From the human T2T-CHM13v2.0 reference genome, Homo sapiens: a stretch of 64,000 nt of DNA. The DNA is taken from assembly GCF_009914755.1 (NCBI RefSeq), contig NC_060925.1. One strand, 5' to 3'. Under the pieces are notes generated by a model. That model saw only the letters and a program-made list of their open reading frames with translations, made no database searches and was not told the DNA's origin. Position numbers and translations under genes: made by a program. The first letter of the stretch is position 1, and each line of letters opens with the position of its first letter. Shown one piece after another: positions 45,972 to 63,159 of the stretch.

Positions 45972-47356
45972 TGAAAGTCCGTTCTAAACTAAACCTGAAA
46001 GTGAAGAATCAGGAAATAATCAACTGCATGCAAATCTAGTAAATATGCCTAATTGCATCTTTTTGCCTACCCGGGAAAGTAAATGAAATGAAATTAAGGT
46101 TAACAAATTTTTCATTAGTAAAGTAAAAATTTCGTTTCAAATTTTTACTTTACTAACACCATCTGTTTTAGTTGAATCCATTGTAAATAACCATTATAAG
46201 TCTTATATCTTTTTGTACCAGTAAATTATTTAATAACAGCAATGCAGAATCAATAAACACTTAAAGGGGCCTCATTTTAACACAGAAGGTACACCAAAAT
46301 TCTAAAAACCTTAGAAGTTTTAACAAATCAACATATAGGCTCTATATCTATTACGATATTCAATGTTTTCTAAAAGCATGAAGAGAAAGAAATGTTTACC
46401 AACTAAATAATATACCTAGGAAAATTCAAATAATAAATTAACACAACTAGTGAAATAAAGTCCCCAGGGCTGCTCTCCTAACACCTGGTAGACCACTTTT
46501 GTAACTCACTAAAAACAGGTAACTCATAAAGATACTAAAGTTGTCATACAAGATAAGGTTTCGTTTCTTTTTTAAGAAGAGGATTCTTTTTCATCATTTT
46601 TCAGTTTTAATCTTTTCATACAATGCTGATTAACATTATACCTCTCAAATTTAATGAACAATTAGTGGGTCCCTATTACAGCACAAATGCACATCAAGAT
46701 CATCTCCATATTTACACACCAAGAAACTCATTATAAAAACCTGTATCGCTTTTAAGTGGTTAAGTATTAAACACGAAAGTTCTGTTTTCAGAAAAACAAA
46801 ATTATGGAGAATTTTCCCACTTAAAAAAAGCATTTTAAAATTAAGTAAAATTTATACTTCTTCCTCATGGACTTGGCTATCGTAACTCTAAAGATATTTA
46901 AAATAGATTTTGTTTTGATCACCATTGTTTTCTCTCTCAAAATGCACAAAGGTACTAGTGTGCAAAAGTAGCCCAGAAACAGAAGTAGTTAATCAATTCT
47001 GAAGTACTTTTTTCTTTTAGCTTTATTAATCCCTAAGTCCTGAAACAGAGGAGGAAAAATACTCAAAGAAGGGGAAGATAACAGGAAAAGCTAGAAAAAA
47101 AATGGCTAAGGAATAGGACAAGTTCCCATACAAATATCCAATAAAAGCTTCTAGCTATTTTCATTTGGATATATTTTATTGTGTGCCTGGTGGAGGTGGA
47201 AGAAGTTGGTATCTTGCCTTAAGTAGTACGGCTAATTATAGACGAAAAAAATTAAACATTTTAAAAAGTATATACCCATAAAAAAGAATTAACCAAATTC
47301 TCTTAAGCTATTCCCAAATAGATCTTAGTAAATCTTAAAAACAGTTCAATGTATAC

Positions 47357-47495
47357 CTTCTTCTGGAGTTTTTCCACAAATCCAATGGGATTTTTCAGTG
47401 CTTCTCTCTGGTGCCTGCCTAAACTTTCAAGGTCTTGGACTGCTTGAGAACGCTGAGCCTCGAGTACAGCAATCGTCTGTAATAGTCTCTGATAA
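47357..47495 (-). CDS. ZZZ3: ZZZ3 coding exon ([D][46 protein letters not shown]), first exon in the window
   Basis: tag acceptor, AAG|gtatac donor, 139 nt, phase 2 to 0, in frame with the following exons; coiled-coil-like peptide. Confidence 0.93.
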
Positions 47496-50098
47496 CTACA
47501 GAGACAAAGAAAAATATTTCACAAAAATTTTCTAGTAACAACAATAAATAAAAACTGAGTTCAAGCCATGATCTACTATTAAGTCACACAGTCTTTTAAG
47601 AGTTACCTGAAAGAGTTTAGTAAAACATATTACTGGGAATAAATGAGGTCTTCCTGAGTTACGAAGTACCTACAGAAAATAAGAGTTAGAGAAAGCAAAG
47701 CCTTCTTCCCCCATCTTAAGTTTTTAATTCTTGAACCTGAACAAGTACCAAAATAAAAGAGCATTTTGATCTTCCAACAATCAAAGTCGTTAAGAAACTG
47801 CTAGATAAAAAAAATATAATTAAAATGATAAAATCTTAATACTAGGAGGAATCACTCAATTCAGGCACTTGGTTGTACTCTGTTGAAATAGGGAAATCTG
47901 AGGTATGTTTTCTCGCCCAGAGACACATGACACTGTCACATAATTCCAATGTGATTTTAGTCTCATGATTTCCATTTGCTCTATTATACCCTCCTTCCTA
48001 TTTTAAAGGTTTACTTTTCCATCAACAAATCTGCTGTTTTTTTCCTCTGCATGAAAGATAAAGACAAATGTTCAATTCTTAAGTATTAATCATTTAAAGA
48101 GAAGAAAGGCCATAAAGATATTTATACTTTCCTGCTTGCAAAGGTCCATTTGGCACAACAAACATATAGTTTTACCCACACAAATATATTACATGTCATT
48201 ATCCTGAAATCTCACTACAATACATCTATTCTAATATTCTCCCTCTGTTTAAATTGTCCTGCCTCTCTAATATTTAACTTCACATTATCAATACACATAG
48301 AGAAATACATTAAACCCAAAGCTCCGAATGCTCAAATACATTTTGCAAAACAACTCAAGGAAAAGTCACTCCAAGTTCACTTTAAAATAACTGGTTAAAT
48401 CCTTAAAGTATAAGCAAAGCACAATTTTTCTATATGGCTTCAGATAACTTTCATTTTGTTTCCTACTAGACTAAACTCCATAATGGCAAGTTCATCTGTT
48501 TTGTTCATTGTTTTGTTTAGCTAGTATGCAACATACTTCCCAGCACATAGATGTTCAATAAATATTTTCTAAAGGAATAGATATTCTGCGAATCTTTTAA
48601 GTTCTGAAGTAAGCAAACAGCAGAAGTATCAAAGGTGAAATACTGCAGTTTTGAAGTTCACAGGCCGTCATGGCAACATGATGTTCTCTATCAGAATACT
48701 TTTCACAGCCTCCTCTCTAAAACAAATCTTATTCTTGTTTTCAAGTCCTTGTTAACTAATCCTTGATGAAATTTTTAATAATTAAGGTAAAACTGCTAAC
48801 ATTGAAGGGCAAGACTCCTCTCCAGCTAGAGATATTTCATTTAAAACTAGAACTATGAGTGGGAAAGGTAGAGCTATACTAAGTCACTACTGGATAAATT
48901 ACAGAGGGTAAATCTAAATTCACTTTCACTAAGCCTTCTTTTGCTTTGAGGTGTATGCAGTGTACAAATACTGTCTCAGCTGGCTGTTTCTACTAAGCAG
49001 GCTCACATAGGCTCAATCTTAGGGTGATGGTAGTGATCTGAATGCTAGAAGCTGTCCTCTCTATATAATACTCTTAACTGTCATACTTCACCTTCAGAAT
49101 TCCTATCCCACCAGCTGAATACAACCAAAGACTTATATTGCCTCTATCCCTGTTTTAAGCAGGAGTTACACACTTCGGTATCACTTTAAAAACAACTGTG
49201 AATCTATTAAAACTTCAGTAAATGCTGTAGGTACAGTAACAACTAATAAGGCACAAGTAAAAATAGGGTTACAAAAAAACAAGCTTGAAAAAGGTGCTAC
49301 AGTCAATTACATTGGCAGCCGTCTTTTTGTTAGGTTTGGAGCAAACAGACACTGGGAAGAAGGGCCTCTAATTTGAAGCCAACAAATTACCACAATTTTA
49401 CAGTATGTAAATTTTTCCACAATAAATCTGACTTAAAAAAAAATTCCAACAAAGATGGCAAATAAAGTACAGTTCTTCAATTCTGCTTCCATTTAGTTAA
49501 GACAAAATGATTATCAGATTGGAAGGCCTATGATAAACATTGGTAAAGTCTTCAAGCTCAAAATAATGAAGACTCTAAGAAAATAGTAAATTCAAGTCTT
49601 CTATCCCAGATAATTGGAATTATTTCCCAGCATACTCAGACACTGCACCAGTAAGATTACCATATATATCCATGAGCAGATATGGAAGAAATTATTTAAA
49701 CAAAACTGGGGTGACATCTAAAAAACAGTAAATATAGACAAATCTATTTTCAATCCTGCTCACCCACCTACACAAGCAAACTACAGAAGCTGATCCAGGC
49801 ATAAATCCAAGGCAAGATTCAATTTTTCATTAATTCAACAATTATCTACTTAGAAAACAAAGCATTATACTAAAAGCATTAGTAATTATCAAGATAAACC
49901 AGGCATGGAGTCTAAGTGTAATAGAGGAGCTACAATTATACCACGGAGGAACTAGATGAAGTACAAATACGGCTGGATTGGTTGTGTTGCTGGGGATGGA
50001 GGATGGGTGTATGAGGGTCCACCATACTAGTCCATCTAGTTTTTTATGTTTTAAATTCTCCACAATGAATGTTTAAAAATCAACTCCAACTTTGACCC

Positions 50099-50490
<392 letters not shown>

Positions 50491-50558
50491 TTAAGAAAGA
50501 CAAACAGGTTCATAAATAGACAAGATGGATGAGAAACAATGTAAGATGAAATAACAAT

Positions 50559-51008
50559 ACAGTTGGCCCTTGAACAACACAACACAGTTCGAACTGCGTG
50601 GATCCACTTATACACAAATTTTCTTCTACCTCTGACATCTCTGAGACAGCAATACCAACCCCACCTCTTCCTCCTCTACCTCAGCCTACTCAACGTGAGG
50701 ACAATGAGGGTGAATACTTTTAGGTTGGTCCACTTTCACTTAATGAATAGTAAATGTATTTTCTCTTTATTTTGATTTTCTTAATAACATCTTCTGTTTT
50801 CTAGCTTACTTTGTTGAAGGAATACAGTATAAAGTACATGTAACAGACAACATTTGTGTTAATCAACTGTTTATGTTATATAGTAAAGCTTCTGGGTCAA
50901 CAGTAGGCTATTAGTAGTCAAGTTTTAGGGGAGTCAAAAGTTATACATGGATTTTCAACTACACAGGAGGTCTATGCCCAATCCCTGTGTTGTTCAAGGG
51001 TCAACTGT
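50559..51008. mobile_element. Tigger2a/MER28-like DNA transposon
   Basis: TIRs cagttggcccttgaacaacac / gtgttgttcaagggtcaactg, TA at the left end. Confidence 0.85.
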
Positions 51009-51732
51009 GGTGTCTAACATTTACTGAATGCGTACTACATGCCAGACAAATGTTGCATTTTAAATGTAATAACTCAATCCTCACAATAAATTTATGAGCC
51101 CAGTACCAACATTCTTAATTTTAAAGATAAGGAAACCAAGCACAGATTAAGTAACTCCCCAAGATCATACAAGCTATTTATGGTGGAGCTGCAATGTGAG
51201 GAATGGTTAAAGACCCTGAGAATATTTAGTCAAGAAATGAAAACCTCCACTAGAATACCACTTCCATTTTTACTTAACAAACAGCTATGCAGGAAAAAAA
51301 AAAATAGACTTGTTTTATAGAGTATAAAGGGTCAAACCAGGAGCAAATTGTGATAAAGACACAATATGAAGAAAAACCTTGTCTCAGTCAAAACTAATAA
51401 AAGATGGTAGGATAGCACCCAATCACCATAGATGTTCAGACAGATATTTAAAAGAAATTCAAGCACTAAAAACCTGAAACTCTTTAATTCCAATAAATAT
51501 CCTACTTTTACTTTTGCTACTCACTGAACCAAGCAAGAGAATAGAATAACTCAAAAAAAAAATTACACATATTTTTGCCTGGATAAAATCATAGTTATAC
51601 CTTTTCCGTAAGGATAGCTTTGTATTAAATCTATTAAAATTATTTGTTATTTATGTCTAAATCTAAATCTTACACAATGCTAACAACAGTGAACTTACTT
51701 GTGTCAAAGAATTAGGGTTTTCTTATTTTCGC

Positions 51733-53227
<1,495 letters not shown>

Positions 53228-53244
53228 CTATTTTACAATAGGAG

Positions 53245-53410
53245 TCTAACTAAAGTTTTATTGGAACATAGCCACACTCATTTGTTTACATAATTTCTAT
53301 GGCTGCTTTCTAGCTATAATGACAAAGAGGAGGAGCTGCAATAGAACCACATTATCCACCAAGCCTAAAATATTTACTATCTGGTCCTTTAAGAAAGTTT
53401 GCCAAGCCAT
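53245..53410. mobile_element. MER58-like hAT MITE fragment
   Basis: 'taaagttttattggaacatagccacactcatttgtttacata...aagcctaaaatatttactatctggtcctttaagaaagtttgcca'. Confidence 0.75.
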
Positions 53411-54126
53411 GCTCTAGATTAAAGGACACAAGGACATGACAAGCAAATGTAATGCATAATCTTGGGCTAGATCCCCCCAGGGGGTTAAACAGCTATAAAG
53501 GACATTTTTGCAGATAAATGGAAAAATTTAAATATAGATTGTGCAGTATATAATTTTATTGTACCAATGTTAAATTGCTGGAGTATAATAATGGTATTTA
53601 AAGTTATACAGGGAAATGCCCTTCTTTTTAGGAGATATTTGCGGAAGTATGAGTGATGAGTCTACAACCTACTTTTAAATGACTAAGCAATTTTAAAAGT
53701 ACATTGTACCAGATGGGAAGGAGAATAAGGGTAAAAGGAGAGAAAATACATTAGAAAATGTTAAATTGTTAACAACTGGTGAATTTAGGTGAAGGTTATG
53801 CAGATTCTTATCATATTACTGTTCTAGTTTTTCTAAGTTTTATACTTTTCCTAAATAAAAACCAAGGAACAAAAAGTCTTCATTATACTTTGCTACTCAA
53901 AAAGAGCAGCTTGATTTCCCTATGAACACTGAGCCTCATTAAACATACTGAAAACAACCAGAGGACATAAGGTGACGTAACGATAAATATATGTATGCAG
54001 CACGCAAAATTTTAAAAATTATTTAGTGAAATAAGAGCTGTATAATAAGATGCTTTCTCTTCCTTAATGAAGGGCTCAAAGAGTTTACAGGAAGTGCAAA
54101 TTCAGTAACTCACAAATAATCTCCCA

Positions 54127-54466
54127 CTTTCTTTCTCTTTCTTTTCTTTTCCTCCCTCCCTCTCTCCTTCTCCCTCTTCGTTCTTTTCTTTCATTATAGA
54201 TGGTGTCTCACTCTGTTGCCCAGGCTGGAGTACACAATCATAGGTCACTGCAGCCTCAAACTCAGGGCTCAAGTTGTCCTCCCACCCCAGCCTCCCAAGT
54301 AGCTGGGACTACAGGCGCATAGCACCATGCCTGGCTAATTTTAAAAACATTTTTGTAGAGACAGGTTCTTGCTATGTGGCTCAGGTTGGTCTTGAACTCC
54401 TGGCCTCAAGGGATCCTCCCAGGTCAGCCTACCAACGTGCTGGGATTACAAGGCATAAGCCAGGCC
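54127..54466 (-). mobile_element. AluJ-like with pyrimidine-rich decayed tail
   Basis: Diverged Alu. Confidence 0.8.
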
Positions 54467-55154
54467 CACTCACTTTCAATAAAACTCCAGAAGTCAATGG
54501 TGATCAAAAGCCTTTTATGATATTCTGTGTTAAGACATAAACTAATACCTCAGCTCTCAATAATATGTCTTCCAGGTATAAAGATCAACTCTGTATTGAA
54601 AATAAGTAAAACCCTGAATTTAAAATGAGCAAAGAAAAAAACAGGTACTTGTTTATTTCAGAAGTATGGACAAATCAGCAAGATACTAAGCCCAAAATCT
54701 AAGTGAAAGAATAAACTGACAGGGGCAAAAGGAGAACTAAAATTGCTTTTGGCTTGAGGACAGGTACTGAACCATGCAAGCTTGAGCTCAATTTTCTAGA
54801 CTTCACTTGGCCAAGGAACGTAAGACAAAGCCACCAAGATAGATAGTCTCTCCCCATTAAGCTGGGACCCTATCCCTCACTCCAGCCCCCAAGGAGAGTT
54901 GCCTTGGGACTGAGGAAAGAATACATATTTACTGCCCCAAATTATATTAGCTGGGTGGTCCCCAAAACCTCAACCCATGACTACAGTTTAAGTCAATGGC
55001 CCTGGACTGGGACACAACTCCCTCCCACCTCCAACCCTGAATCAAGATACCCACAGAAGCAAATGCAATCCTGTCTAGAGAAATATGTTTTCATCCTGGG
55101 CCTCAAAGATAATCCATAAGTAATTTTCCAAAGAAAGTGAATAGCTCACATTAA

Positions 55155-55431
<277 letters not shown>

Positions 55432-58400
55432 TGCTCACATTAAAAAATTATCAAGCATGCAAGAAAGCAAGACACAAAGAATAAGAATAAAAGCTGAGCT
55501 CAAAAATATTTATGAGGTATAGGAAACTACAAAAATTGAGCATGTAGCTTCTAAAAGGAAGCAAATAAAATATTTAAAAATACAGTAACTAAAACTAAAA
55601 GGTCAGTCGGTTCAAATTTTCACTTCTGGAAAACAGACGAGGCAAATTCAGAACAAACTCTTCCCTGAAGACAACCAATATACAGCTGGAGAAAATATTT
55701 GAAAGTTCTTAAAAGCATCAAAGAGCTAACAAAATTGTGAGTTATTACGAGGTAAAGATCCACAAGAAGATGGAAACCAGAAAGATAAAACATGTTTTTG
55801 GGGCACTTTTGCCTGGAGCAATTTATTGATCCAGAAGAGAGGACTGAGAGGCTGAGCAGTCCTTTTGACAGCTTAAAACAGTAGAAGATCAGAGTTGGAG
55901 TCTAGGGCCTATCAAGAGAGAACTTTGAAACCAGCCCAGCCCTTGGGTTGGGATCCTGAAAGGCTATACCTTAGAACTAAGGGTGAACAGGAAACAAACA
56001 GCTTTCTCAGAACAGACTAGAATATCTCAGTTTGGAATTAATTAGTAAAGTTGAAGATGTACATACCCTAAGATCCAGACATCCCATACCTAGGTACGAC
56101 CTCAAGAAACTCTTGAATATACACAGTATAAGACATATGTTCATAGCAGCCTTATTAATAACCCCAAAGTCCATCTAATACGAATGCTTAATATAGCAAT
56201 GAAAATGGACATCTATTTATATAAACACATACAAATATCACAAACATAATGTATTACAAATGAACAGATACAGTACGGTTCAAAAGCATGAAAAACTAAA
56301 CTTTATTGTTAAAAGGATACACATATAGGTGGTTACAAGTTTTTAAAACAGCAAAGAATTATTTTCTCAAAAGTAAGATCATATTTACCTCTGGGAAGAG
56401 GAAAGGGGCAAGGTATAACTGAAGAACTATTCCTAGGAGACTTGTAAAGTGCTATCAATATTTTATTTCTTAACCTGGATAGTGATTAAACAACTATAGG
56501 CTATTTGATTTCATAATTACTCTATAACTGTGCATAAATACTTCATTAGTCTTATATGCATAAGATATTGCACAATTTTTTTTAAGGGAAAATAACTTTT
56601 CTAGGAAGAAAATGTTACAAAGAGATCACCTGCACTCTTTAGAACTTTTTAAGAGTCCTAGTTCAAGTCCCAGCTCTACCAGCAACTAACCATGGAACTT
56701 TATTCAAGTCATTAAACCTTGGGTCTTGCTTCTTTGTCTTTAAAATGAAAATGGACAAAATGGATAATTGCAAAAGCTTTTTTTCTAAGCAAAACATTCA
56801 AGGATCCTAAGATACTTGTACCACTCAGGTCACTCATTACTATATATTCTTTCTGAGTTGTAAATGGATTCCATTTATGTTGTATACACAAATACAGCAT
56901 TAAGTCTCCACTTTCTTCATACAGAATCGTATCTGACAACTGGGCTTATTGGCTCTGCCCACAGCTAGAAGTATGCAAAGTTACTGCCTTCAAAGAGGAG
57001 AATATTTAAAAAGACCTATGTGATAAGTTTCTCCTACTTTATAGTGTCTACTCATGAGGCATAATAACTTTTCTCTCACAAAAGTCACTTCTAAAAGGAA
57101 ATTATCAGGAATATTATGGCTGGTTTATGAAGAGACTGGCTGTTCCCTAGGTCACTAAACAGTATACTGCCTGAAGGCAAAAATTTTTAGGTACACCTAT
57201 CCCTTTAGTTCTTAAAATGAATGTCTTATTTTATTATATTCTGTGATTTTTTAAGAGGAAAGCCATTTTTCTACATCTTTAATGCTGTCCCATAGCATAG
57301 TAAGGTTCAAGAAACAGAAAGTGCTCATAAAAATGAAAACAGAAACTACAAAAGAAAATAAGAGCTGAGTAGTTATACAGATGGATGACTCTTCAATGAC
57401 GACAGTTCAGATATAGTTCTAGACTATATTTAGAGCACTGTTTTAATATTCTGTTTATGACATCTTGGGAGTTCTTTAAGTATGCTAAAGGAACATACAA
57501 GCCTCAATTCTTTTCAACACTTAACACTTAAATGAACACATAAAAAACAAACTTGCCAAATTTATGAACATGAAGCTGAGAAGGATAGCAAATACTATAG
57601 GTTAAAAAAATCAGGATTAAGAAATAACAGGCAAGCTAGAAAACTAGACCAACAACAAGATAACATTTAACTACATAAACAAAAAATATGGCATTGAATT
57701 ACAAAACAACCAGATAAGTATAGGATGGTATGAACTTGCCTTGACAGGCCCAAAAAAAAAAAAAAAAAAAAAAAATTGTGGTCCTCTCAGCTGGATCATT
57801 AGCTTACTATGAGGCAAAGTATAAAGTGCTGCTCAACAAACATTATTTGTAATATTATCTTGAACTTGCATCAACCCATTCAAACACTTACCATGCACAT
57901 TCACTGTATGTTCTGTTACATCAACCATTCTAAAGGAGGCACATATAACCAACATGCAGCACTACCTTCAAGATCATTACAATTTAGGGAAGAAGATGTG
58001 ACTGTGTGAACAGTAGTTGTTTATTTAAATATTGAAAAATAAGAAAGCTTATAAAATTCTTAGTGAATTCCTAGAATTTGCCAGAGTTTTAATGATTAAT
58101 GTACTCTAAGAGAAATACACATATGCAAAATTTAACTAGCCATGATGAATGCATAAGCATGTTATGAACAAAATGATCATTTCAGGGAGATACAAACAAT
58201 GCATCATATAAGAAGTAAAAAGCAAGTTGAATCCTGAAAAATAGATGGGATTTCAAAAGGAAAGGCAAAAAGAGGTTAAGACATTCTAGACAGAATATCA
58301 AATATTACACCTTATCAGGCTTTTAGTTTCCTCTTCTACAAAATAGGAGACTCTCTAAAATCTCTGTCCAATTCCAGAATCCCCAGGAAGTAGAGCATCT

Positions 58401-59089
58401 ATATATTTTTTAAAACTCCACAGATTATTGTGAAGCATGCCCTTCACAAATTATTGTAAAGTGTACCATTCTAATGCAATACGGAGTAAATGTAAGTTTT
58501 AAACAATTAAATGATGATACAAGCAAACATTTGCATTTGGAAGGCTAATATGATCACAATGTATAAGATAAATTGGAGAGAGATGAAAATGGCAAAGGAA
58601 ACTTCAAAGAAAGCTATGTAGCTGACGTATAAAATTACACTCTGAGCATCCTATTTAGCACCGAAGTTGTTAACTAACTGAAAAGCAGAAAACTTAAAGA
58701 AGAGGGTATACTGAAAAGCAAAAGAGGGTATACTGAAACTGCATTCAAGATACGAATACTTGCTACGTAGAAAAGAGAACAGACCTATTTCAAGTCATCC
58801 CACAGTCAAATCCAAATCACTGGGTAGAATTTCTGGGGAGGAATTTGAGGCTTAATACCAAGTAAAGAATTTCTGTTATAACAAACAATGGTATGTGCTA
58901 CTTCATAAGCTAGTGAATTCCCTAGAACTAGATAAACTGAAACAGATATTGAATGACTGACCATCAAAGGATGCTGCAGAGAGGTGGTATATGAGATGAA
59001 AGTTTGGATTAGACTTTAATCAAAGTTATTCTAAATCAATGTTTCTAAAGATACTAGGAAAGAACATTAAAAAATTTTTCTTCAGTCTA

Positions 59090-60883
59090 AAAGGCTACAT
59101 ATACTTTATGATTCTCATTATATGACAATTCATAAAAGGCAAAACTACAGAGACAATAAAAACATCAGTAGTTCCTAGAAGTTCAATGGGGTTGGAGGAG
59201 GATTGCATACATGAAGCAAAGGGAATTTTTTTTCAGACTGGTGAGGTGAAACTATTTCATATAACACTGCAATGTTGGGTATATAATACCATGCATTTAT
59301 CAAAACCCATAAACCTTTTAAGCACAAAGAATTAACCTTAATGTATACAAATTTTTTAAAAGTTATTTACAAGTTCAGGAATAAAAGAATCTGACTATAT
59401 TACGAATGTCTCAAACAACCTCACTGAGGGGCAGGAAGAAAAGGCGCTGACCTATGTAATTGGAAATGAGTGGCATCTGTAAGACCAAAGGCAAGAGGAA
59501 CTGTACATAGCACTGTATTCTAGTTGATAAGAGTTTTTCACAATTCACAATTAACAATTCTGATACTGATGTCCATATATAATGAAATTAAATAATTAAA
59601 TAGTTGACAGGTGGCCAGGATTGCCACTTCTGGAGTGGAATTGTACAGATAAACAAGGGAAGGAGGCTAGAATGATCCATGTGGTGATGGATTAGAGTTG
59701 GGAGTCATTACATGAACTCAGGTTTAGCTCAGTTTATAGATATGTGCATATACATGGGTTCATATACACAATTTTCTTGCTCTATCAGCTGAGACAGCTA
59801 AATAAAAGCAACAATAAACACATTTGGCACCCAAATTTTGGTTTCTAATACCATTCTCCAATAGGAACTAGGGTTCCCTGGACAGATGGCCGATTCTAGA
59901 ACTAAGGGAGGAAATATACAAAATGAGCGTCAAGTATTTTATAGTGTCAAAAAGTAAGAAGCACTCAAAAAACAACAAAAAAAGACATCACCTTGATGGG
60001 GTTATATCACAGGGACACAAAAGCCAATAGAAAGGTTCCCAACAACCAAAAGCTGGAACAATTTGAGCAACAATAAAGCAGTACCACATTATAATCCAAA
60101 GTATAAAACTGTCAGTCCACACTGATATAAATAAATGAGTAAATAAATACATGAGGAAAAAGAGAAAAAGTCTCCCTTGAAGAATTCCAAATAACTTATG
60201 CAGACACTCTGCCCTCAAGAATAGGGAACGCAGCTCCCCATTCCTTCAGTGTGGCCTGTGCATAGTGACTTCCTTCCAAAGAATACAGTATGAAAAGGGG
60301 AGGAAAAAAGAATAATTACAGTGGAGAAACCTGACCAACACTACCCTCAGCTGGGTGATTAAAGTCACATCAATAGCAATAAATCTTATTGCTAGTATGC
60401 ACCCTGGTAGCATGTGATAGAAATGGCATTTTACTTCTATTGTTTTCCTTTCAAAAACCCATAACCCCAGTCTAATCATGAGAAAAATATCAGACAAATT
60501 CAAATAGAGAGGCATCTGTAATACCTGACTAGTACCCCTCAGAACTGTTCAGATCAACAACAAGGCAAGTCTGAAAAACTGCTCCAGCCAAGCGAAGACT
60601 CAGGAGACATGAAAACTAAATGTAATGTGGTATCCTACATGGGATTCTGGAACACAAAAAGGACATTAGGTAAAAACTAAGGAACTCAATAATGTATAAA
60701 GTTGAGTTAATAACAATGTTGATTCATTAATTGTAACAAATGAACCATACCATACTACTGTAAGATAGTAATAATACAGGAAATTGGGTATAGAGTATAC
60801 AGTAACCCTGTAATATGTTCTAGATATTTCTGTAAATCTAAAACCATGCTTTTTTAAAAGTCTATTTTTAAAAATAAATAAAT
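59090..60883 (+). mobile_element. L1MC/MD-type 3' region
   Basis: 'ggagacatgaaaactaaatgtaatgtggtatcc...ggattctggaacacaaaaaggacattag' motif, ending in an A-rich tail. Confidence 0.8.
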
Positions 60884-61305
60884 ACAGTCGACCCTTGAGC
60901 AACAACAGGGGTTAGGAGCACAGATGCTCCCACTGCAGTCTAAAATACTTTTGACTCCCGAAAACTTAACTACTAAGACTACTGTTGACCCAGAAGCCTT
61001 ACCATATAACATAAACAGTCGATTAACAGATATTTTGTATGATACCTATAATACATACTATATTCTTAAAATAAAGTAAGCTAGAGAACAGAATATGTTA
61101 TTCAGAAAATCATAAGGAAGAGAAAATATATTTACTACTCATTAAGTAGAAGTGAACCATCCTAAAGGTCTTCATCTTCATTATCCTCACATTGAATAGG
61201 CTGAGGAGAAGGAAGAGGAGGGGTTGGTCTTGCTGTTCCAGGGGTGTCAGATGCAGGACAAAATTTGCACATAAGTGGACCTGCGCAGTTTGAACCCATG
61301 TACTG
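60884..61305. mobile_element. Tigger2a-like element, inverted relative to the copy at 50559-51008
   Basis: ta-cagtcgacccttgagcaac TIR; internal sequence is the reverse complement of the first copy (e.g. ctgttgacccagaagc vs gcttctgggtcaacag). Confidence 0.8.
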
Positions 61306-63159
61306 TAAATATAAATTTATCAACCTTCCTTGTAGCCACTATTGCTTTATCTTGGAACAGCAAATGAGAAAGTATTTAGTTAAGGTACATATTTAAGATT
61401 GCACCAGTTGAAATATCACAATTTAAGAGATCCTGTCTGATTAATTTAAAATTTACCTTTTTATGTTAGCAAATTTATTGCCATTTATTTCTGGTTAAAC
61501 ATTAAGACATAGTGCAATCATGCCACCAGTTCCGGAACTCAACAATTTGTAAATAATTCTCAGCTGCTATCTAGACTCAATGGAGAGATTTATTCGAAAT
61601 ACCTTTTTAGATATTATCTCTATTTTACTTAAGAGTGACAGTTGCTAAAGCATTTCCCATGTTGTAAAACCTTTCTCCAACAAATCTAATCTTTAGACCT
61701 ACTGTAGTTATATAACTTTAGCTATTAAGTAAGTACACTTCTACTGTTTCAATTTTAGTGCTTTAGCACAGTAGTTAAACCGGCCCCATTATATCTGGCA
61801 CAGCTACTATATATTCTTAATACATTCTGATGAGGAGGCTGGAGAGACGACAAATTCAAGGGCAACAGTTCCTTCAATTTAGTAATGGTAGTCCTTTTAT
61901 AGAATCATATTAGACCAACTTAAGCATTTACATGACAGTGGTTTTTAAAGAGTATTTAAATAAATAAATAAATAGTAAAAGTAGTATTTAGGTATATGAG
62001 CATCTGGTAAAGGCTCAGTTTATATAAATTTTAAAATCACAAGACAAAATTAAAACTTGTAAAGAAATTATTATATAGCTATTTGCTACCTTATATTATT
62101 CATTATACTTTTACAATTCTATTAATTTTATTCTTTATACTGGTATTACCTAACTTATACACTCATTCCACAAATATTTATTGAATATACATTAGTTATG
62201 ATTACATATGTAATCATACTTATACTTGATGAAAAACCCTTTGAAATAGGTATTATTACCACTTTACAGATGACATAAACAAAATTCAGAAAAGTTAAGT
62301 ATGGGTGGAAGATTCTTGCCATACAATTCTTTTCATAATATAATTATTTACAAATACTAATTTATCTGTAATACTGAGCTCAGATTTTATACATTGGGAC
62401 AGTTAACCTACATCTAAAACTCAGAAATGATCCAAAACCTAAATGAGGCCTTAATTTATTGCCTTACTTTTAAATACAGCAGAACGAGTAAAAAAATTAG
62501 TCTGTTTAACAACTCTTCCTGCTCTTATTCATCTGCTAGTACAAATACTAATTCAGTAACAGAATACAAAGGCAGAGAAAGAAGAGTACTAGATTTTTAA
62601 AAAAATTAAATGTATATATATCAGAGTAGACAATCTTCTAACAAAACATGTCATCCATAATTTAAAAGTTTTTATAACCTCAAACAATTGTACAAAAACA
62701 CCTGCCTCTTTCCAAAAAGTCTTCATTATATATGTTATCTATGTTAGCCCTCAGAAAGAAGTATATTTTCTAATGTGTTTCAGATGTTATTTTCTTTTGC
62801 ATGAAAGGTTTCATCAACAATCCTGAAAATATAGCCATTCTTTCAATGGCCTCTATTACAATGGTTACCAGGTTTCTCTTCCCAGAATCTATCCTAATTT
62901 GGAAGGTAGACTACATCCACATTAGAGTGCACAATATGTATATGTCCCTATAAGACTTAAAAAAAAAAATCATGTTTGACAGCTAAGCTATATTTTCCTT
63001 GTTTTGTTTATTTGGCTTAAAACTGTAAGAAAAGATTAGCCACTTGGTGTGGTTTACATAGAAGGCTTAAATAAGCCAAACATATACTCAGGCTAAAGTA
63101 AAGATGTTTAATATCTTTTTTCTTAGTTCTAAATACCTGAAGAACCAGCAAGATTTCAC

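Noticed and set aside
57752-57775. Orphan A24 run as the tail of a processed pseudogene
   Set aside because: No upstream poly(A) signal, TSD or recognisable mRNA-derived sequence; treated as a mononucleotide microsatellite.
58677-58738. 22-bp-period duplication aagagggtatactgaaa
   Set aside because: Real, but an ordinary slippage duplication deep in an intron with no sign of function.
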